Of a stretch of 64,000 nt of DNA, positions 1-11,902 are shown piece by piece. Both the position numbers and the translations under genes were made by a program. A model generated the notes under the pieces. The model was not told the DNA's origin. It worked only from the letters and a program-made list of their open reading frames with translations, and ran no database searches. Source of the stretch: Paragordius varius (lineage: Eukaryota > Animalia > Nematomorpha); NCBI GenBank assembly GCA_964247055.1, contig OZ176055.1, positions 9,486,001 through 9,550,000 of the forward strand, read 5' to 3'. Numbering within the stretch: position 1 is the first letter of the stretch; each line of letters opens with the position of its first letter.

Positions 1-1110
1 AAGGTGATCTAGCCACCAAATCCTACTCTAAGATTTAAAACCGGAAATATGTGTATTTCATCAGAATATTTTTATTTTCAATTGCGCAACCACATTTGAA
101 GCTTTTTTTGCTGATAACAAGTTTATTCAATAAATTCATTATAATAATTAGAAAACGATGTGTAAAACTGTTAAAGGTATGCTATATAAACCTAATGTCA
201 ACATTTACATGTTTATATTAGCGTGTTCGGTATCAAGAACTCGTAAAAAAGCATTAAACATATTTTGGCATTAAAAAAGATAATTTTTAAGCCCACTATA
301 CAATGTTTCGATAAAACAGTATAATACAGTATGTACATTAGTTTTAGTCAACTCATATTATTGTTGGCCCACTGCTAATAGAATTGCATATGATATAAAA
401 CAAATTTTGTCCATAATTACATAAAACTTACGGTTGTAAGATGGGAATGTCAACCATTCGTTTTTTTTACCCACATGCTATTGCATTACCAATTGTCTAA
501 AATAACCGCAAATTGACCAGGCATACTGTAAATTATTTTAATTGCGTATTAAAAATCAGCTTTTTCTCATCATTCGAAACGTTATAAAAAAAATTTTTTA
601 GTCGATAAATGCGCTTTTTTTAAATATCCAATAACAAAATGACTTAAGGGGGAATATTTAACACATAAAATATATATTACTATAAATACTTAAAATTGAC
701 CATGGATGGAATGGCTAAAACTAATCGACTAAAATTTTTAACTCAACATTCTGCTTTTTTAAAGTTACTGTGAAAATTCAACATTTTATAACGCTTTTAG
801 AATTATATATATATATATATATATATAAAATTTGCTTTTCCTAAACGGTCGTCATAAACCAAAAGCTTTCAAACCAATTCTGCTTAATTTAGTAATGTAT
901 ACTTAGTCATACTGTAAAACGCTTTTTAAAATTATATGCATATTATCACCTTTCAAAAAATTGCTTTTCCAAAATTTTTAACATTCTTCCAACATCCACA
1001 TTGTTTTTTATATTACTTATTACTTACTATCTGATAATTTTTAAAACATTTTCGATAACGAATGCGTACAAGTTTTGGCCGTTAAAAAAACCGTTTCTCT
1101 GATTTTAAAA

Positions 1111-1530
1111 TACCATTTACGGTTTAAATTCACCCTCGAAACGATTCGAATTCACTCTTGAACAATTCAAATTCACCCTTAAACAATTCAAAGTCACCCT
1201 CGAACGAATTCACCTTGAACAATTCAAAATCACCCTCGAACGATTCAAAATTCACTCTTGAACAATCCAAATTCACCCTAAAATAAATTGTTTTTTAAAC
1301 TTTAAAAATTACTTATATTTTTTTATATTTTTAAAAAATAAAATTTTGTATAAAATTAAAATAATACTAAAAAAATAATAAACTATGGCATTATGATATT
1401 AATAATGAGTTATATTAGCCCGAAAACATATAAAATATTTTAGGGTGAATTTGAATTGTAAGAGGGTGAATTTCAATTGTTCTAGGGTTAATTTGAAGTG
1501 TTTAAGGGTGAATTTGAATTGAAAATGGTA
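1111..1530. mobile_element. MITE family B copy with expanded 21-bp subterminal repeats
   Basis: Starts TACCATTTAC..AAATTCACCCT and ends AGGGTGAATTTGAATTGAAAATGGTA, which are inverted termini. The unit AATTCAAATTCACCCTTGAAC repeats about 7 times on the left and 3-4 times inverted on the right. The core (GGCATAGTTTATTATTTTTTCAGTATT / TAATGAGTTATATTAGCCCGAAAAC) is shared with the other copies. Confidence 0.8.
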
Positions 1531-1794
1531 ATCTTTTCATACCATTCACTAATAAATTTATTATTATTTTGGTGATGTTTACATCTAATTATGTAATACT
1601 AATATAAAATCATGTTAAATATTACCTTTTTTACTTTTATGCTGAAAGGAATATAAAACTCTTATTTGGAAACGGTTAAATATACATTAGAGAAATATTT
1701 TTGAATTTTTAAAGCCACACTATTTATTTATGCATAAAATATTAATTTATTCTCCATCCATATATTTTGAACGCGTTTTAAAATACTACTATTA

Positions 1795-2235
1795 TTATGG
1801 TGGTTTATTGAATGATACATGTTGAGATTTACGTGCATTAATGGTGCTTGGTCTTTGCATTAAATATAATTTCTGTTGTTTTTGCAGTTCCTTGTTCATG
1901 AGCTGTTCCGTTTGTGATTTGCCATGAATCCAACCCAGGTACCATCCAATGTACACAATAACCCCAAAGAAAATTATAGATAGGACAATGGTCCATATTT
2001 CACCTGTGTTAACTTTGGCATAAGCATAACAATCTATCAGCTCTTGTTCGATTTGATAACAATAAAATGATTTTTTAGTTATTCGACTCTGTTTAGTTGA
2101 TGAAAATTTTGAAAGGGCCACTGATGAAAGGACAGTACTTGGTGATGATATTTTTTCAATTGGGGTTGTCAACGCGCTGTAATTCGTACTGTCATTATTA
2201 AAATTAAAGCGTGTTGTAAAATTTTGTGTGTCCAT
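1795..2235 (-). CDS. Intronless single-pass membrane protein of unknown function (146 aa)
   Basis: Open ATG-to-stop frame, richer in GC than its flanks. Ser/Thr-rich N-terminus with N-x-S sequons, two Cys, one hydrophobic helix (IWTIVLSIIFFGVIVYIGWYLGWI) and a basic cytoplasmic tail. No family recognised. Confidence 0.65.
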   Translation of the reverse strand: MDTQNFTTRFNFNNDSTNYSALTTPIEKISSPSTVLSSVALSKFSSTKQSRITKKSFYCYQIEQELIDCYAYAKVNTGEIWTIVLSIIFFGVIVYIGWYLGWIHGKSQTEQLMNKELQKQQKLYLMQRPSTINARKSQHVSFNKPP

Positions 2236-3058
2236 TATTATTTTAATGTTGTTCCATTATAAAAAATAGAATGTTGATTATTCTTAACATATTTACATTA
2301 ATTATTAGATATTTAGTGGTCGCAATTCTAATTTATTTTTCATCTTGTAAAAAAAATGATTTGAGTTTATGAGACCGAATTCTTTAAATTATCCGAATAC
2401 GGCTCATATATAAAATTCTTTTATGGTAAATCAACTATGAATTTGTCAAATAATTTTCTAATTTGTCCATCATACTGCTGACGTATTATAAAAGAATGTT
2501 AATGTTAACATTTGACTAAAGTAATGCAACATAAATTGAAAAATAGGAGAGATTGGCATAAAATAAAAATAATTTTATAGTTTAAAACACTATTCCGATC
2601 ATAGATTAGTTTTTAAAGGTGAACTAACTTTTTTAAAAAAATTAACTGTATATGCAACTTTAAACTAATCTCGGGAACAAATTTCCATCGTGGAGGAACG
2701 TCTATCCAAGAAAAACTAATCAATTTAAAGATGGGTAGATAAATAAATAAGTTGTGTGATCATCTTTCCTTAGTCTTTCCTTAGTCTTTTCCTACTCTTT
2801 ACAAGAGTCAGCATAAAAAAATCTACGTTTTTTTTTGAAAATGGGATAATTCAATTAACTTAGTTTTCTTTTGGATCATGCTTGGACTAATGGCTAATTC
2901 AGGATTGATAAAATATAATTCATTTAAAGTTTTATCTGTCATCATTTTTTGTTTAGCAGTGTGTGCCAGCAAAATTGTTCAAGAGCTTGTAATGGTTTTG
3001 AATCATACATAAAATATATGATACATAAAATAAAGGCTAACTCAAGACATTACGACAT

Positions 3059-4540
3059 TTAGGCATTGGGAGTGAGATCGTTAACTGCAGGCGACGATAT
3101 CAAATCCAATTTGATGAGGATTGATCTTAAATCTGTTATAAACTCTCGTCTGTATATGGGATTGAAGGCCAGGTTAATGTAAAACGTAGTGGTTATCTGT
3201 ATGCATTCCAACAAAAACAGGCAATTATACACGAATAAAAGTCGATTACTATTGTTTCCATTGTAAAAGTAATCCATAAACATCTCTAGTATAGTAACGG
3301 GCATGATAAGAATCAAAAATTGAACAGTTATAATGGATAGCATAATTTTTTGACTCTTTTGAATACGTTGAATTTTGTTAGGTCCTTTCGGGTGACATAT
3401 ACTACTCATTCTCACATTTGGATTCTTGGATTCATTTTGAACATTCTTATTGTCAAGGATTAAAGGTTTATTTCTTGTAGGTCTATGACCTAAAATTACC
3501 GTTGAAATTTTATGATTATTGGGAGGATGAGTTCGATCTGTGCTAGTTATTTTGGCAAATGTACTTATATAACCAAAAAGTACAATGGCAAACGGAATAA
3601 CTTTAAGAAATAAACCGCGTAAAATTTGATACGCCTTCCACAGCGTTTTTTGATGGCGCCAACCATTACGAATATTTATGACATAATAATAAAAATAAAA
3701 CGGTTCGTGAAAACTCGTTTTCAGAAGGGTTGAGTTAGCGAACGATAATGGGCATATTAATTTTCTTACAACTGTATTCCATCGAAACATGGGTAAACAC
3801 CATAGGAAAGAAAAGACAAAAGCACCCAATAAGCCATACCTTACGTTACGCCTAGTAAATATAAGCTTATATTTGTAAGGATACGTTATAGCGACATATT
3901 GGGATGCAAACAGCATGAGATAAACGAAAAAAGCGGTTGAAATTAACGGCTTAAATAGGGGATTGTGAAAGTTGGCTCGATAATATATCCAGCTTTTTTG
4001 GGCAAACCATATGCTCGCCTTAAAGTGTGCAATTGAATGTTCATCATTCACTACAGTTATAACTTCTCTAAACAATTCCAAAACTGGTACAATCAAGATA
4101 CCAAAGGTATTTACAAGGTTTAACGTGTAAAAATAAAAAATGAATTGAGAGTTTACAATATTTTCATTCAACTTGATATTAGGAGTAGCCTTTGCATTAG
4201 TTCGGAATGGTGAATTAATATAAGTATTATTGTTAGGATGGTTTTGGTTCCGACCAAATTTGTGTTCACAACACATATGATTATTGCGTCGTCCAACAAC
4301 CACATTATATTTAATCATGAGGTCCGTTATAACTGTATATCTTCGGGTAGGATTTATTTTACGCATAAAACCAACGGCTTTTTGTGCCATATAAGCTCCA
4401 AAACTATTTCCTAGGAATCCGAGTAAGCAAACGCCTAAACCAACATACCTGGCCCAAGAGGTATAATTCCTTTGGATCTGGACTAATTTGCCTATATCCT
4501 TTAAATCAACACAGTGAGAAGAGGATTGATTCATTATCAA
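3059..4540 (-). CDS. Intronless rhodopsin-class (class A) GPCR, peptide-receptor/orphan-like, with atypical motifs (493 aa)
   Basis: Seven hydrophobic segments in class A order: TM1 GLGVCLLGFLGNS, TM3 end ASQYVAITYP (DRY position), TM4 VFSFLWCLPMF, TM5 LKVIPFAIVLFGY, TM6 IITVQFLILIMP, TM7 CIQITTTFYINLAF, then helix 8 NPIYRREF. Confidence 0.85.
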   Translation of the reverse strand: MIMNQSSSHCVDLKDIGKLVQIQRNYTSWARYVGLGVCLLGFLGNSFGAYMAQKAVGFMRKINPTRRYTVITDLMIKYNVVVGRRNNHMCCEHKFGRNQNHPNNNTYINSPFRTNAKATPNIKLNENIVNSQFIFYFYTLNLVNTFGILIVPVLELFREVITVVNDEHSIAHFKASIWFAQKSWIYYRANFHNPLFKPLISTAFFVYLMLFASQYVAITYPYKYKLIFTRRNVRYGLLGAFVFSFLWCLPMFRWNTVVRKLICPLSFANSTLLKTSFHEPFYFYYYVINIRNGWRHQKTLWKAYQILRGLFLKVIPFAIVLFGYISTFAKITSTDRTHPPNNHKISTVILGHRPTRNKPLILDNKNVQNESKNPNVRMSSICHPKGPNKIQRIQKSQKIMLSIITVQFLILIMPVTILEMFMDYFYNGNNSNRLLFVYNCLFLLECIQITTTFYINLAFNPIYRREFITDLRSILIKLDLISSPAVNDLTPNA

Positions 4541-7489
4541 AATAAAAGTAGTTTTGGTTTAAAAAATATATAAAAATCTTAGATTTATTTTTGTATATTT
4601 ACTTAATTAATTATTATTATTATTAATATAATATATGTGCCATTTTGATTTTTATTAATTAAATTTAATATTGCTACATAATATTTTATTCAAACAAAGT
4701 TGAATAGAAATTGGCGCATTTTTAACAACTGAATTAAAATATTTTTTGGCCACAAGTCATAAAAATGATGGTACTTTAAATAAAAGGCTAAAGGTAAAAT
4801 AATTTGTTAAAAAATATAATTATGTAATATAAAATACGTAAAAACCGAGAATTTTTCGGACCAATTTTCAGCAGCCTTGCTATTTTTTAGGTTTAATTGT
4901 ATAATTTCTTTGATTAAACTTTTTATTTAAATATTGCAAATAAAATATTGCAAAAATTGAAAATTACCAAAAAAATTATATATGCTAAAAATCAATGATA
5001 TAATCATATAATTTACCACATTCAAATAATGACATCATCGTATTTTCAGTAACATGACAAAATTTTTTAGGTTATAGTATTTTAATTATGGAAACATACA
5101 TCCTATTAAATTTTATATTAATCAGTTAATTATTATCACGTAAAAAATATCTTAAATTCAAATTAAAAATTCTATCTTTTTGAGAATAATGTTTAAAAAT
5201 CTAGTATATGATGATAATAATAAATAATAATTATATAAGTTAAAGCTTAATTTGTTTATTAACTGGTTAGAATTAGATTTTATTTGTATTACAAAGAGTA
5301 AAAAATCTTAAATAGTTTGTTATATTTTTGTGGTCTGAATAAAAAAATATATTGTTACTTCACACTTCATTACCTTATCACTTTTGTTATAGTTTAAATT
5401 TTGGGGTAGTTTTAAGAGCTCAATATTTTGTAAATATACATTTTTGGAAGTTATTTTAGTTAAATTAATTTATTAACCATTGCTCTCACGTGTTTAGATG
5501 CTAAAGAGCCTCACACGATTAAAACTAACAACTGATATTAAAATCAAAATATTTCAAGTTTTTTTTTGGTAAAATGTAGACTGAAATCTTTTTAAAGTTA
5601 ATTATTTACATTTTCTAACCATAATCATTTTTTGCCTGTTCCAATAACGATTTAATAAAATTTATATAAAAAAATGGCATTGAGATGAGGAATTTTTTTA
5701 CAATTTTACAGTATAAAGAATTATGTATAATGCGCATAGAAGACTAGAGAAGCATATTTTTATATACAACTTTTTTAAGATATCTAAATCCTAAATAGCT
5801 ATGGGGTTCAAATCTGACCCAAAAGGTAATGGGATGTAAATAATATAATGAACCCGGTATTTCGATCCTTAACCATGTCCTTAAAAATTTTGCTGTCCAG
5901 TTTAATTGTTGCTTAACCATAATATATCTTTAACAGCTTTAATACGAAAATATAATCACATTTTTTTGTTAAGCATCATATTATTATCATTAAACACCTG
6001 TATTGTATAAAATATTTTGAAACAAAGCAAACTTTGTATAGACATCGTTTGCAAACCCAAAATGTATTTTCTTAAGAGAACTCGCAATAAATTTTATGTG
6101 ATAATGATTTTAATAACAAATTATATAACAATCACAGAGGATTGTAAATTTCAATGAATGCATTGGCCTTTTTTTACTCATTGAATGTTTATAGGCTTTT
6201 TCTTTGCAACACCAATAATTTAATATGTATACACAAGAGGCCTAGCGACGTTTTTCCTTAATTTATAATTCGAATTTATTTCTTTGAATATCTTTTTATC
6301 CCAATTTGATCCTTTTTATCGAAACGATTCGACTGATATCTTATTGGTAATATCAATATTCTCTTAAATTTTTCAATTGTTTACTACAAAATTTTATGAC
6401 GCCAATACCAAAGTATCGGCTGATTTTTTTATATCCATAGAGAATGATATCTTACTAGTCTGAAATGTATTTTACAATCTTTGAGAGATTTGATAGTGGT
6501 ATTGTTGCAACTTATTTATCAAGTTTTAAAGGAAAAATTCTCCAAACTTTACATTGGTATGTCAGTGTAAACCAGTAATAGCGAACCGCGGTCCTAAAAG
6601 TTTTTTATGGTCACCAAGTACTTATTTAAATTAATCTGCAAAATGTGTTAAACGGCATTTTTATCAGTATAATGGCCCTTAACACTCCATTACCTTTTGG
6701 GGTAGTTTTTATCTCAAAGCGATTTAAAATTTAAATATCTTAAAATTTAAGGTAAGTTGAATTTAAAAATAAGCTTTCTTTAGCCTTTTAGGGCCAGTAG
6801 ACAAACATTTTTTAAATGATGTAAAATTGTGAAAAAATCATCATTTTAAACTTTTGCCGCCTTTTCTATAAATTTTTATAATTCGCCAATGCAAAGGAGA
6901 ATAAATGTAATGGTGAAAAAATGAAAAAAAATAAATTTAAGAAGCTTTCAGGCTGTATTTTACCAGCAAAAACTTTATACATTTTAATATCAGTTGTTTG
7001 TTTCTATCGTGTTTTGAAGCTGTCCCAATTTTAGCCTCTGGAAATAACAAAACTCTGATGAATATAAGAATACTTAACTTGTAACTAAAATAACTTTCAA
7101 ATACAAAATTTTGCTCTACGCTATAAAATTACCACAAAAGGTAAACTGTAAAAAACAAAAAATTTTTTGGCCTCTGAAAATTTTGGTCACCACTTAAATG
7201 CATCCTCATCAAAAGAGAAATCAATCTTCACTATTAAAATAAACAAAATTAATTTTTTTAGCAAAGCTATACATAGTTAAATATTAATTGCATGCTCTAG
7301 CTACGAAATCAGCACGCGGTTCCTCAAAATATTTTTGCAGCCGCAATAATACAAAATTTTACGCAATCTATTCTAAACACTTTAGTTTTTCCGAATTTCG
7401 GCAAAGAGTTATCAAAAATTGTTTAAACAAATCGATGTTTTTACAGGCTTATGTTTAAAATCGGTTAAAATATTTAATAAGCTCATATA

Positions 7490-7566
7490 TTCTGCGAATG
7501 CGGCCCATCGAATTTTTCTATCAAAAAATGCGGCCTTGGGAGCCATTTGTGTTGGACACCCTCTAG
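7490..7566. mobile_element. hAT-like MITE end; the reverse-complement end of another copy is at about 9024-9060
   Basis: GGGAGCCATTTGTGTTGGACACCCT here is the reverse complement of GGGTGTCCAACACAAATGGCT at about 9027. A GGGTGTCCAA terminus followed by GCGGCCC boxes is typical of hAT non-autonomous elements. The partner ends were not found. Confidence 0.45.
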
Positions 7567-8337
7567 CAGAATCTATGAACTAAATCAGTGCTGCTCACTT
7601 AAATTTATTTTTTGCATTCAAGAGCCGTAAATAATACATAGAGCTAATTGACTCATATGCGAGTAAATATATTCTAAAATAGCAAGCCGCGATTTTTTCC
7701 GGGTAGCCTAAATATGGGAGCTAAAGTGCTTGTGCCTAGTCGTTTAATAAATAATAATTTACTATTAACATTTGTTTACAATAATATACATAAACAAATT
7801 TCAATATTAATCAATAATTTTGAATAATATGGTTAAAGATTAAGACAGGATTTACATACGTCGCCAATATGGGCATCTGTCAAGCAATTTGTATAAATTC
7901 TTTTTAAGCTTTCAGTTAAATAATAAAATATTCGACTATTCTTAATTTGCTATATCAAATTTTTAGTATAAAATGGATTAAGAGCCATTAGGCACTTTTA
8001 GGGAGACACGCGTCCGAGGGCCGCCGTTAAAGTACCTGGAACTATATTTTTTACTAATTTACCAACAAACCGTCGAAACCTAAGGGCAATGCGAGTCTTA
8101 ATCATACAAATGCTTAACTTGTTTAAAACCGTGGTAACTACAGGTTTCAAAACGGGGTGAATAGCATGATATTTTGCAAAATAATAATTTCGAATAAATT
8201 TTAATAATTGAATGGAAAAACATCGCAATTATTTTCATTTACGTAATACTATTTAGGGATTGAAAAAATAATTTAATGCAATTTTACTATTATTTTCTAC
8301 ACTTTTGCATTCATAGGCTTAATCATTTGAAAAATAT

Positions 8338-11300
8338 ATGGCTACTTCGACAACCTGTTATAAAGTAGGAGGTACCTTTTTCTTTCTTTAATAATTAGAT
8401 TATGCCTACTTTGAGACCAATAATAATTTACCGTTTGCTATAAGGCGAATCGAAGAATTAATTAAGGTTTTTTTTACTTTTTTTAAGAGAAGGGTGCTAA
8501 TGGTATTGATGCACGTGTCATGTGCTTTTATAGGCGTAGAGAAATTCCTACTACACTCTTACAACTCGCAGACAAACATCAAAGTTAGCATTTCATAAAA
8601 ATTTAAAGGTATTTTTGACGAGGATGAGGCCGATGGTTCAGAATTTTCTTTTCAAAATAAATATCAGTTAAAACTTAAAGAACTTTTTTTATCGCGTCAA
8701 TATGAAACCTTATCAGTATCTAAGATTCGTGGCCGATGTACTGTTTATTTGTTACATGAGACAGAAGATTTGACCTCCTATCTCCAAAAAGAGGTTTGCC
8801 CTATTTTACCAAATTAATATCCCCTGATTTTGTAGAGAGAGATTTTATTTTATGCCTAACATACTAGAAAAAGTATTTGAAAAAAATTAAATTTCCATGC
8901 TAAAAGCATATCTACTTTTTAAGCAGTACCTTATAATTTTAAGACAGCATCTTTAAATAGGATGGTTAGGTCTAACACTCTAAATTATAATGGTCATATT
9001 TGGCTTTTTATATATATTTACCTCACGGGTGTCCAACACAAATGGCTTTACGGCCCACATTTTTGATCCAAAAAATACGGCGACATTCTTAAATAATTTA
9101 ATAAATTTTAACCATAAGACTATAAAATGCAAAAGAATAATGACTCACCTTTTCTTTCTTAATATTTTTTAAAGTTCTTTATAGTTAATCGGTTTTCTTA
9201 AGTTTGAATATTAAAAATTTATTTTTCATTTCCATTCTTATTTGTTCACCCGCTAAATTTTGGGTTTAACTTAATAAATCCGGTTTTGCTTCTTGTTACC
9301 AAACTATCAAAAAATTTTGATATCAACCTTATGTTACTAATAGGGTTCAAAGAGCAAAACACTCTTTTTCTCTCACCTTAGCTCTTTTTTACACATATTT
9401 CATTTGCTTTTTTGTCTAGGATACCTTTTTCTATTCGTTGGTGTATGAACCACATCAAAAAACGCTGTTGGCAGATCGAGGGGAAATCCGTGTAGGCCCG
9501 AGATTTCAAGCTGAAACTAACACGATCCCCTTGTTAACGACGACGACGGATTTAACAAGTTATGAACTACCATCATCATCATGCATAATAAATGATGGCC
9601 GTAACATGGCAGATCTTGAAACACTGATTTGGGATCCCTACCAATCCTCATCCCTTCTGACTGATGCACAAATTGATCAATTCCTCCTGATTGCTAGGTC
9701 TGTGGGTACATTTGCACGTGCCCTTGATACAGCGCACGCTGTCCTTAAACAACCAAGCTTGCATTTGAGTGTGGCATGCGCCTCACGTGACATAACTACC
9801 CTTTGGGCCATGGATACCCTCCATGAAGCTGGTTATAATATCGCTCGAGCGGTTGAAAGCTTAGTTCCCTCCACAGGTCCTGTCCTATGCCGAGATGAAA
9901 TGGAGAGTTGGTCAACGGCTGAAGCCAACATGTTTGAGGAGAGTTTGGAGAAGTATGGCAAAGATTTTGTCGACATTCGACGCGATTTTGTAAGTCCCTC
10001 CTAGAATTTTTAAACTTGGTTTGGTTGTTTAAATGATTGTAATGTATGAATGGTAGATATTTAGAGTTTATGAAAGTGGTAAGTTTTATGCAAGTATAAG
10101 TATTTTACATAAGTTTTTACGATAAGTATATGTGTTCAGTTATGGAAGGAGGCATGGGTGGGATGTTTATGTGTTTTTCGTATTTTTTTTACAATTTGAT
10201 ATATTTCTGCAGTTGATAAATGGTTATTCAGCGTAAAAAATGCAGGAGTCGTACAATCATATACTTACCATTTATGCTGCAATTTTACCCTTTAAATTAA
10301 ATATGCGGTTTTGGGCTAATTTTATTTAATATTGATATGAATTTTTGTGGCATAATTAATCATTTTTATTATATTAGTACATAATATATTTTAAGGGAGC
10401 TTAAGAATGAATATGTAATATTTGTGGGTGAATTTGAAATTTTTAAGAAATAGTTTATTTATAAATTTAACAGTTTATTTATTTACAAAAAGTAATAATT
10501 TATGGTAACATTTTTATTTTATTCATAACCCAATCTCATTTTTTGATTTTAACATACTTTTTAATTTTATATAAAAACTCCCCATTAAAATTTATATGAT
10601 ATAGTTTCCATGGAAATCCCTGAAAAGTATAGTTGAATACTATTACATGTGGAAAACGACAGATAGATATGTTCAACAACGCCGCCTCAAAGTCCTCGAG
10701 GAAGAAAAACGGTTAAAACAAATAACTTTACCAAAGTAAATACTTAATCTAAATTATTGCTTGAACTATTATTATGCATTCACTTATCCGTAGTACCTTA
10801 AAATAATATTTGATAAAAAGTGTTAAGTTTTTTTTCAAAATGCCATAAAATAATTTTTGGATAAATATTGTAATTAAAGTCATAATATAGAAATAAGTTA
10901 ATATAAATCCTCCATATATAAACCTTATTATAAATGCTGCTTTTTTATAAAGTAAAAATTATAACTATATTAGGGCTAATTTAAAAGAAATTTCACTTTT
11001 ATTTTATCTTTTTTGCCTCAAATCATTTTTATGACATAGCTAAAATAAGCCATCGTAATTTTAATTTTCAACAAATTCCAACTAAAAAACTTTTATATTT
11101 ATTATTCACTAGTAAAATCACATCAGCTCAGCCCATAGATGCTAACCTTATAGCGAAACCGTGTGAAAGTTGTCAATGTATGTTTCTAATCTTATATTCA
11201 TAATATATATCATTTACAATTAAAATTCACCCTTGAACAGTTCAAATTCACCCTAAAAAGAAATTGTGTGTTTTCGGGCTAATATAACTCATTATTGATA

Positions 11301-11448
11301 TAAAATATATCTTTAAGTCTCTTATTATTTTTTCAGCATAATTTTAATTACAAACAAAATTTCATTTTTTTAAAATATAAAAAAATACAGGTAATATTTA
11401 ATCTTAAATAACACATAAATTATTTTAGGGTGAAATCGAATTGTTTAA

Positions 11449-11487
<39 letters not shown>

Positions 11488-11663
11488 AGGTATTCAATCT
11501 GATTTGTGGTATTTGTGGGGCATGAATGCAAATAACCCTGCACGTATTTGTGAATCTTGTTGGATCTTTTGGAAGAAACATGGTGGATTAAGGCAACCGA
11601 TAGGTATATATACTAAATTTTGGATTCTAAATTATATAGAAAAGCTTATTTTTTAATTGTTAT

Positions 11664-11713
<50 letters not shown>

Positions 11714-11859
11714 CTGAAATCATCATGATTATAAAATCTATAATTGAGTCTAATATCATATTTTTATAACTTTATACCTTATTTTGCAAACAAATGTAAT
11801 AAATATACTTAATTTTGATTGTCGTTTTCAAATGAAATTAGTTCTCAATTTTTATAGTT

Positions 11860-11902
<43 letters not shown>

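Noticed and set aside
1-520. Possible minus-strand exons (RVLDTEHANIN at about 200-260; MVDIPILQP with a GTAAGT donor at about 410-440; TIGNAIACG at about 470-500)
   Set aside because: I could not join them into a consistent frame or recognise a family. Any gene would run off the window.
2763-2800. Short TCTTTCCTTAG repeat, 2-3 copies, between the GPCR and the membrane ORF
   Set aside because: Too short to tell from local slippage.
7998-8228. 76-aa minus-strand ORF divergent from MTA
   Set aside because: No recognisable motif or splice signals; probably a chance frame in GC-richer promoter DNA.
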